From contig CAVTMK010000002.1 in the NCBI GenBank assembly GCA_963735805.1, positions 832,001-896,000 of the forward strand: a stretch of DNA of 64,000 nt, given 5' to 3'. Below the pieces are notes generated by a model. The model made no database searches and was not told where the DNA came from. It saw only the letters and a list, made by a program, of their open reading frames with translations. This DNA is from an uncultured Verrucomicrobiae bacterium (GTDB lineage Bacteria; Verrucomicrobiota; Verrucomicrobiia; Chthoniobacterales; UBA10450). The translations under genes and the position numbers were made by a program. Positions 56,707-64,000 of the stretch are shown in pieces. Positions within the stretch are counted from its first letter, which is position 1; each line of letters opens with the position of its first letter.

Positions 56707-59127
56707 ATGAATGACTTAAAGTTTGCTTTGCGCCAACTCCACAAGTCGCCTGCGTTCACTTTGATTGCTGTCATCACGTTGGCGCTCGGAATCGGGCTGA
56801 ACACCACGATCTTTAGCTTGATCAACGATCTTTTCTTGCGCGGGCTGCCATTCAAGGATCCTTCGCGCGTTGTCCACCTGACCGCAGGCGATAAGTCGCG
56901 CAACATTGTGGATATCGCGATCTCAGCGCCGCGCTTTCAACATTATCGTGGAGGGCAAACACTGTTTGAAGGTCTCGCCGCTGAGAATGCATTCCTCTTC
57001 ACACTTACCGGCATCGGTGATCCGGTTCAGGTTTTTGGCGGGAGAATAACTCCGAACTACTTCGACGTGCTTGGTGTCCGGCCAATTCTCGGCCGGAATT
57101 TTCGGTCGGACCAAGAGGAAGGCGCGGACGTGGCACTGATCACGAAAAGCTTTTGGCTGAAGCGACTCGGCGGTGATCCGAATGTGATTGGACGCAGCAT
57201 TACCCTCGACGGAACGCCGCACACGATCGTTGGCGTTCTGCCGAACATGCCAATGCAATGGTTCGGAGCGAATCCTATTGCCGAAGTTTGGACGACGAAA
57301 CCATTTCAGCTTCCGGGGTTCTCGTACGAACGCATGATGCGGGGCACCGGATTTCTGCGCGTAATTGGCCGAATGAAGCCCGGAATCGCGCTCGAACAGG
57401 TGCGCGCTGCGCTGCCGTCGCTCGAGCAAGACTACCATGCGCAATATGCGAACAAGATCGACACCACCGCCAGCATAACGATTAAAACGCTTCCACAGGA
57501 TGTGACCGAAAATATTCGCGCCGGCTTTGCGACGCTTTTTGCGGCGGTTTGCTTTGTGTTGCTGATCGCATGCAGCAACGTTGCAAATCTTTTGCTGGTC
57601 CGCTTCAGCAGCCGGCGCCGAGAGATCGCGCTCCGTATGGCGGTCGGTGCGTCGCGGAGCAGTATCGTTAGGCTTTTCGTCTGGGAAAGTTTACTGGTGA
57701 GCCTCTTTGCAGGCGGGCTCGGCGCGTTCGTGGCCTGGCAGCTTGTGCCGCTCGTTCCTAAAATGGCGTCTAATTTTCTTCCGCTTGAGGGAAATACAGC
57801 CAGCAGTCTCTCCGTGTCGGTGCTCGGATTTACCATTGCATTGTCCGTGGTGACCGGGTTGCTGATGGGGATTTATCCGGCGCTTCAGGGCTCCCAGGCG
57901 GATTTGATTGGTGGTTTAAAGGAAGGCGGCCGCGGGACCAGTGGAAGTATTCGGCAACAACGATTCCGCAAAATTCTGGTCGGCGCACAAGTGGCACTGT
58001 CAGTGACATTGTTCGCCGGCGCGGCATTGCTAATCATGAGTTTTGTACGGTTGGCCCAGCAGAATCTCGGATTCCAACCGAATAACCTCTGGACCGGCGC
58101 GATCACGATGCCAGCGTCGAAATATCCAGACGGACCATCCCGTCAACGTTTTGCCGAGCAAATCCTCGCTGCGTTACGCGAAGCGCCAGGTATCGAGAGC
58201 GCGACTGTCAGCAGTGATATTCCCCTGGCTGGTGGAAATCGCACGCTCTACGCGCGCGCGGACCGCGATGTACCGTCGCTGGAGAACCGGACCAACGCAC
58301 CAAGTCACGACATCGTGTCGGGATACATCAAGACATGGGGAATCCCGCTCGTAGCCGGACGTGATTTTGACGAACATGATCTGACGGAAGGCCGGAACGT
58401 CTGTCTCATTAGCCAGACAGGGGCAAAGAAAGTTTTTCCAAACGAAGATCCGATTGGCAAGACGTTGCTGGTTACCAGCAGCAGCACACCCGCGGAAATT
58501 GTAGGCATCGTTGGCGACGTGCGCTCACAACGAATCGCTGAACTGCAAGAAATGGAATTTTATCGACCCTGGGCTCAGGAAAATTTTCCATTCCTGTTCG
58601 TTGCAGTCCGCAGCAACTTCAAACTCGATGCGATCACCAGACTGGTGCAATCTGCGGCCACTAAAGTAGATCCCGCTATTGCGATTGCCATCCCTCAGAT
58701 GATGGACACGGTCGTCGCGCAAGCGCGCGGGCAAGCACGATTGATGATGTGGTTGCTCGGAATTTTCGCCGCCGTCGCATTGTTGCTTGCGAGCATCGGC
58801 ATCTACGGAGCAGTCGCGTACAGTGTTGAACAACGCACAGGCGAGATCGGTATTCGTATGGCACTGGGGGCGCAAACCGCGGATGTGCTGCGCCTTATCG
58901 TTCGTCAGGGAATGGCTCCTGTCCTATTGGGGCTTACCGTCGGAACGGTGGCTGCTCTTGCGCTGGGTCGTTTACTTACTACGCAGCTTTACCAGGTTTC
59001 GCCGCACAATCCGGCGCTTCTTGCTACCGCAACGCTTACCCTTGGGGCGGTCGCATTGCTGGCGTGTTTCCTCCCCGCGCGGCGCGCAACCTTCGTAAAC
59101 CCAATCGAAGCGCTTCGAACAGAATAA
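56707..59127 (+). CDS. ADOP/MacB-FtsX duplicated ABC permease 3
   Basis: Same architecture; LLIACSNVANLLL, EIGIRMALGA, PARRA. Confidence 0.93.
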   Translation: MNDLKFALRQLHKSPAFTLIAVITLALGIGLNTTIFSLINDLFLRGLPFKDPSRVVHLTAGDKSRNIVDIAISAPRFQHYRGGQTLFEGLAAENAFLFTLTGIGDPVQVFGGRITPNYFDVLGVRPILGRNFRSDQEEGADVALITKSFWLKRLGGDPNVIGRSITLDGTPHTIVGVLPNMPMQWFGANPIAEVWTTKPFQLPGFSYERMMRGTGFLRVIGRMKPGIALEQVRAALPSLEQDYHAQYANKIDTTASITIKTLPQDVTENIRAGFATLFAAVCFVLLIACSNVANLLLVRFSSRRREIALRMAVGASRSSIVRLFVWESLLVSLFAGGLGAFVAWQLVPLVPKMASNFLPLEGNTASSLSVSVLGFTIALSVVTGLLMGIYPALQGSQADLIGGLKEGGRGTSGSIRQQRFRKILVGAQVALSVTLFAGAALLIMSFVRLAQQNLGFQPNNLWTGAITMPASKYPDGPSRQRFAEQILAALREAPGIESATVSSDIPLAGGNRTLYARADRDVPSLENRTNAPSHDIVSGYIKTWGIPLVAGRDFDEHDLTEGRNVCLISQTGAKKVFPNEDPIGKTLLVTSSSTPAEIVGIVGDVRSQRIAELQEMEFYRPWAQENFPFLFVAVRSNFKLDAITRLVQSAATKVDPAIAIAIPQMMDTVVAQARGQARLMMWLLGIFAAVALLLASIGIYGAVAYSVEQRTGEIGIRMALGAQTADVLRLIVRQGMAPVLLGLTVGTVAALALGRLLTTQLYQVSPHNPALLATATLTLGAVALLACFLPARRATFVNPIEALRTE

Positions 59128-59145
59128 GAATTATCGCCTCACACA

Positions 59146-61608
59146 ATGTTTAAAGATCTGCAATTCGCATTCCGGCAACTGCTGAAGCAGCCGGAGTTTG
59201 CCTTGATTGCCGTCGTTGTCCTTGCACTTGGTATTGGTGCAAACACTGCAATTTTTACCGTTGTTAACGCCGTGCTGTTGCGGCCGTTGCCTTATCCACA
59301 TTCAGAGCAACTCGTGTTGATGCGTGAGCGATTGCTCGGGCCGTCCGGTTTCGAATCCGGCTCGGTGAGTTACATGAACTATCTTGACTGGCGTGCTGCG
59401 CAGAAAAGCTTCACCGATCTTGGACTGGCAAGGACGGAGGGTGTGAGCCTCTCTGCGTCCGATGGTACATCGCCGCCGGAAGCAGCCCGGGCCGGCCGCA
59501 TCACCGCGAATTATTTGTCGATTTTACAAGTCTCACCGCTGATAGGTCGTGATTTGGTCGAGCGCGATGATGTTCCCGGGGCAGCAAAAGTAGCCCTTAT
59601 CAGCGAACGAGTCTGGCAGAAGCAATTCGGTGGATCGCCGACGGTAATCGGACAACGATTGAATATCGATGGGGTACCGCGCGAGATTGTCGGCGTTGTT
59701 CCGGAACGTGTTCGTTTCCCTCGAAACTGCGACGTCTTTCTTCCGCTAGCCGATCTGCGCGCCGATCACGATTTCCTGTCGCGTGGGAATCATGAAGCTT
59801 TTTCGTGTCTGGGCCGTTTAAAATCCGGCGCAACACTGAAGCAGGCAATCGCGGAGCTCGATACTATCGCGGCCGACCTTTCCCGGCGTTATCCGGATTC
59901 GAACACTGGCCGGCAGGTTTCTGCAAAACTGTTGCTCGAATATTCAGTAGGGCAGTATCGATATCTTCTGTGCGTGCTGCTTGCGGCCGTGGCTTGCGTC
60001 TTGTTAATCGCCTGCGCGAACGTAGCGAACCTTCAGCTTGCACGCGGGATAGCGCGCCGCAAAGAACTCGCAGTGCGCGCCGCTCTTGGGGCCAGCCGTT
60101 GGGACCTGGCACGCCAGGTGATGGTCGAGAGCGGAGTTATTGCCTTATTAGGGGGCGTCTGCGCCGTGCTGATCGCCGTATGGAGCCTCGACGCGATTCG
60201 CGCACTCGTTCCGCCTAATGTCGCGCGATTTCAAGAAACAAACATTGATGGTTGGGTGCTTCTAACCACTACCGTAATTTCAGTTTTCGCAGGATTGCTC
60301 GTTGGAACGTGGCCGGCGTTACGCGTTTCGAACACGGCTTCGATGGCAGCCGAGTTGCACGAAGAAGGCGGGCGCGGCAGTAGCGGCACACAACGACAAC
60401 GGGCCCGCGCAATCCTGGTGATTGCACAAGTTGCACTTGCAGTGCTCCTGCTTGCGGCGGCTGGCTTAACCTTAAAGAGTTTTTGGCGTTCGCAGCAGGT
60501 GCCTCTTGGGTTCGATCCGCGTGGCGTTTTGACCATGAGCATCGCATTACCGCAATCGCGCTACGAGTCGCGGGAAAAGATCATTCGCTTCTATGATCAA
60601 TTAGTTGAGAGAGTGAAACAGCTCCCTGGTGTGAGCGAGGCCGCGATTTGCAACAACGCGCCTTTCGATCACCACGAATGGGATAGTTCCTTTCATATTA
60701 CCGGCACGCCACCTGATCCCCATGGCCAGGAGCCAACAAGCGAGATGGCGACTATCGCACCGGATTACTTTCGCGCGCTTGGGATGCCGGTCTTGCGCGG
60801 CAGGGATTTCGGTTCAGAGGATGTGAGAGGTCGTCCGGGAACGGTTGTGATTGATGAGCTTGCCGCGCAAAAATTTTTCCCAGGCATCGACCCAATCGGC
60901 AGACAAATCGACGATCCCGTTACCATCGGTGATAACAATCAGAATGCCATTCCGCTAACCATCGTCGGAATCGTGCCGCACACCCGGAACAACGCCCCGG
61001 GTGAAAAGGAGGACGCACGCAATTTGCCAATGATGTACTTTAGCGCGTCGCAGTTTGCGAACGTAGAACAGAACCTGATCATTCGTGCGAAAGCGGGGTT
61101 CAATCCGCATTCCCTTGTCAGCCCGATCAAAGACCAAATCGCGAGGCTGGATCATGACCAGGCTGTCTCCGACATCACAACGATGGAGGAAAATATCGAT
61201 GACAGCCTCGCTTCGCAACGCCTGACGATGACCTTACTCGGTGTGTTCGCGGGACTCGCGCTGCTTCTCGCCAGTATTGGGCTTTACGGAGTGATGGCAT
61301 TGATTGTGACCCAACGCACACGTGAGATGGGTATTCGTTTTGCTCTTGGTGCCAGCCGCGCTGATGTCCTGCGGCTTGTGCTTGGTCAAGGAGCCGCTCT
61401 GATCGGAATCGGCCTCGCGGCTGGATTGTTCGGAGCCCTTGCCGCTAGCCGCGCTTTGAGAAACGTCCTCTACAACGTCGCGCCACTCGATCCCTTTGCG
61501 CTCATCAGTGCTCTGCTGACGCTTTCATTGGTAGCTCTTATCGCCTGTTTTTTGCCCGCGCGGCGTGCCAGTCGCGTAGATCCAATCGAGGCGCTGCGGA
61601 TGGAATGA
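59146..61608 (+). CDS. ADOP/MacB-FtsX duplicated ABC permease 4
   Basis: Same architecture; LLIACANVANLQL, EMGIRFALGA, PARRASRVDP. Confidence 0.93.
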   Translation: MFKDLQFAFRQLLKQPEFALIAVVVLALGIGANTAIFTVVNAVLLRPLPYPHSEQLVLMRERLLGPSGFESGSVSYMNYLDWRAAQKSFTDLGLARTEGVSLSASDGTSPPEAARAGRITANYLSILQVSPLIGRDLVERDDVPGAAKVALISERVWQKQFGGSPTVIGQRLNIDGVPREIVGVVPERVRFPRNCDVFLPLADLRADHDFLSRGNHEAFSCLGRLKSGATLKQAIAELDTIAADLSRRYPDSNTGRQVSAKLLLEYSVGQYRYLLCVLLAAVACVLLIACANVANLQLARGIARRKELAVRAALGASRWDLARQVMVESGVIALLGGVCAVLIAVWSLDAIRALVPPNVARFQETNIDGWVLLTTTVISVFAGLLVGTWPALRVSNTASMAAELHEEGGRGSSGTQRQRARAILVIAQVALAVLLLAAAGLTLKSFWRSQQVPLGFDPRGVLTMSIALPQSRYESREKIIRFYDQLVERVKQLPGVSEAAICNNAPFDHHEWDSSFHITGTPPDPHGQEPTSEMATIAPDYFRALGMPVLRGRDFGSEDVRGRPGTVVIDELAAQKFFPGIDPIGRQIDDPVTIGDNNQNAIPLTIVGIVPHTRNNAPGEKEDARNLPMMYFSASQFANVEQNLIIRAKAGFNPHSLVSPIKDQIARLDHDQAVSDITTMEENIDDSLASQRLTMTLLGVFAGLALLLASIGLYGVMALIVTQRTREMGIRFALGASRADVLRLVLGQGAALIGIGLAAGLFGALAASRALRNVLYNVAPLDPFALISALLTLSLVALIACFLPARRASRVDPIEALRME

Positions 61609-61618
61609 TTGCAATTGT

Positions 61619-64000
61619 ATGAACGACTTCCGATACGCGTTCCGTCAGCTTGTAAAAGCTCCCGGCTTTACTGTTGTAGCGATTGCAACGCTCGCGCTGG
61701 CGATTGGCGCAACCACGGCTGTCCTCAGCCTGGTCAATGCGCTGTTGATTCGACCGCTTCCCTACAAGGCGCCGGAAAGCCTCGTTTTGTTGTGGGAACG
61801 ATTTCCGACGCAAGGGCTGGAGCGCATTCCAGTCTCCGCACCGGAATATCTCGACTACGAAAGGCAGGCGACGAGCTTCGAAAAGATCGGCGCGTTCAAT
61901 TACGCCGCTTACAATCTGACGACCGGTGACGTTCCGGAACGTGTGTCGGGCGCGGTCGTATCGCCGGCTTTGTTCTCATTGCTCGGCGTGGAGCCCATTA
62001 AGGGTCGCGTTTTCACTCAAGAAGAGGGCGCGCAAGGCCGCGACGATGTAGTTGTTATCAGCGCGCGATTGTGGGAGCGCCGCTTCAACTCCAATCCGAC
62101 CATCGTTGGCAACAAGATCTCATTGAACGGCCGGCCGCACACAGTGGTGGGAATCATGCCACGGAAATTCGATTTTCCGCTGCCCCTATTCAACGTGCAG
62201 GGATCGCGCTTCGCCAGTCGCGCCGATATTTGGAAGCCGACTGCTTTCACCAACGATGAATTGTCGGCGCGCTATTCGCGGAGTTATGGCGTAATCGGAC
62301 GGCTGCGCCAAGGGGTTTCCAGCGCCCAGGCTCAAGCTCAAATCGACACCATCACGGCAAACTTCAGGCAGACGAATCCCAAAAATTATCCTCCCGGACT
62401 TACCGAATTCGGCGCAAAGCTTTACCCGCTCCAGGATCAGGTCGTCGGCCCGATGCGGACGGGTCTTTGGATTCTGCTCGGCGCGGTGACGCTCGTTTTG
62501 CTGATCGCGTGCGCAAATCTCACCACCATGTTACTCGCGCGCGCCGCATCGAGGGAGCGAGAAATGGCAATTCGCGTCGCGCTGGGCGCGAGTTTGAAGC
62601 GCATGCTGCGACAATTGCTGACCGAAAGCGTGTTACTGTCGATCTTGGGTGGGATTGCCGGGGTGCTTCTCGCGATCTGGGCGATCGACTTGCTGCGGAT
62701 CATCGGCGCTCAAACCGTGCCGCGGCTTCGCGAGGTCAATCTCGATCTAAGCGTGCTCGCGATGACATTCGGGCTGGCGGTTGGAACCGGAATTCTTTTC
62801 GGCCTCGTGCCCGCGCTCGTCAGCGCGAAACCCGAATTGACCGAAGCATTGAAAGAGGGCGGACGGGGTTCGACTGGCGGCGCTCATCGCAACCGCCTGC
62901 GAAATGCTCTTATCGTTGCCGAAACCGTTCTGGCGCTTGTTTTGCTGATCGGCGCCGGCTCGCTGGTGAAAAGTTTTGTCCGACTGCAAAATGTTTCTCC
63001 CGGATTTAATCCGCACAATGTGTTGACCGCGGAGATTTCTTTGCCGGTCGAAAAATATCCGCGTGGTCTGTCGGTAATTAATTTTTACAGCGAAGCGGAG
63101 CGTCGGATCAAAAACATCCCGGGCGTCCAGCATGCCGCATTTACGGTGGTGTTGCCGCTAAGCGGATCGAATACGGACAGCTCATTCATCATTGAGGGCC
63201 AGGATCCAAAAATGACGGGCGCGTATCCCGACGAGGAGATTCGTGATGTCACTCCGGATTATTTTCGTGTGTTGGAGACACCGTTGTTGAAAGGGCGGTT
63301 TTTCACCGAGGCTGACACGGCCGATTCGCCACCGGTGGTGATCGTCAACCGAGCATTCGTGAAAAAGTATTTCCGCGACGGCGAAGCTCTCGGTAAACGC
63401 ATTTCACGGGACGACACAAATCCGAAATGGGCGACAATTGTCGGAGTTGTAGCCGACATCAAGCATCGCGGTCTGGATACCGACGCGCAGCCCGAGTACT
63501 ATTTGCCGCACGCGCAGGGACCCGATCGTGAGATGGTACTAGCGGTGCGCAGTGCGCAAGACGCGCGCACGCTGGCCCGCACCGTTCAGGAAGAATTGCG
63601 CAACGTTGATCCGGACATTCCGCTTTCCAACGTCCGCACTTTCGACGCTGTCGTGGCCGATTCGGTGGCGCCACGCCGCCTTTCGGTTGTCTTGCTCAGT
63701 GCATTTTCCGGAATCGCATTACTGCTCGCGTCTGTGGGCATGTATGGCGTGATTTCATTCCTGGTTGTTCAGCGCACCCATGAGATCGGCGTCCGAATGG
63801 CGCTTGGAGCACAACGTTCCGATGTGTTGAAAATGGTGATCGCGCATGCAGCGAAACTGTTGGGTATCGGCGCTGCTATCGGTTTGCCGGTCGCGTTCTT
63901 CAGCAACTCAGCGCTGCGGACGTTGCTTTATCAAGTGAGTCCGTTCGACCTCTCGATCTTCGTGGTCGTGACGTTGATCCTTGCCGGTGTCGCTTTGCTT
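61619..64000 (+). CDS. ADOP/MacB-FtsX duplicated ABC permease 5, truncated by the window edge
   Basis: Absent from the ORF track. Manual translation MNDFRYAFRQLVKAPGFTVVAIATLALAIGA...; the window end is in the same frame (...VVTLILAGVALL). Confidence 0.9.
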   Translation, partial: MNDFRYAFRQLVKAPGFTVVAIATLALAIGATTAVLSLVNALLIRPLPYKAPESLVLLWERFPTQGLERIPVSAPEYLDYERQATSFEKIGAFNYAAYNLTTGDVPERVSGAVVSPALFSLLGVEPIKGRVFTQEEGAQGRDDVVVISARLWERRFNSNPTIVGNKISLNGRPHTVVGIMPRKFDFPLPLFNVQGSRFASRADIWKPTAFTNDELSARYSRSYGVIGRLRQGVSSAQAQAQIDTITANFRQTNPKNYPPGLTEFGAKLYPLQDQVVGPMRTGLWILLGAVTLVLLIACANLTTMLLARAASREREMAIRVALGASLKRMLRQLLTESVLLSILGGIAGVLLAIWAIDLLRIIGAQTVPRLREVNLDLSVLAMTFGLAVGTGILFGLVPALVSAKPELTEALKEGGRGSTGGAHRNRLRNALIVAETVLALVLLIGAGSLVKSFVRLQNVSPGFNPHNVLTAEISLPVEKYPRGLSVINFYSEAERRIKNIPGVQHAAFTVVLPLSGSNTDSSFIIEGQDPKMTGAYPDEEIRDVTPDYFRVLETPLLKGRFFTEADTADSPPVVIVNRAFVKKYFRDGEALGKRISRDDTNPKWATIVGVVADIKHRGLDTDAQPEYYLPHAQGPDREMVLAVRSAQDARTLARTVQEELRNVDPDIPLSNVRTFDAVVADSVAPRRLSVVLLSAFSGIALLLASVGMYGVISFLVVQRTHEIGVRMALGAQRSDVLKMVIAHAAKLLGIGAAIGLPVAFFSNSALRTLLYQVSPFDLSIFVVVTLILAGVALL

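Noticed and set aside
1..64000. CRISPR arrays, tRNA/rRNA, transposases, integrases, prophage or defence genes; the many overlapping antisense and alternate-frame ORFs
   Set aside because: None recognised by eye. The overlapping ORFs lie within well-supported genes and are expected at this GC content.

Overview
Gene-dense bacterial chromosomal window. Gene content (long GreA, TIGR04073-like protein, ADOP-type permeases) suggests Verrucomicrobiota, possibly Chthoniobacterales or Udaeobacter-like; this is an inference. Left part: a truncated REC-PP2C gene, aroA-cmk-plsC, a metallo-beta-lactamase nuclease/ATP-dependent DNA ligase fusion, a STAS-RsbU-grpE-dnaJ-HMG-CoA lyase-rsmE operon, long greA, TerC and an RNA m5U methyltransferase. 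Middle part: a ~14 kb K+/ion homeostasis cluster with a frameshifted antiporter, two unannotated micropeptides plus kdpF, kdpABC, a porin, kdpDE and a KimA/Kup-like transporter with a USP domain. These are followed by serA, EamA, a ferritin-VIT1 fusion and mdtABC. Right part (best candidate for an undescribed system): an NtrC-type regulator and an intramembrane-sensing-type kinase sit between two sigma54 promoters with the same enhancer architecture (paired GTCCC-N6-GGRAC-like sites 22 bp apart, 115-116 bp upstream). Each promoter precedes a small, apparently related membrane protein. The second leads into one adaptor, one ABC ATPase and at least 5 divergent ADOP/MacB-type permeases. No tRNA, rRNA, CRISPR array or mobile element was seen. 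All motif comparisons were made by eye or from memory; no searches were run.
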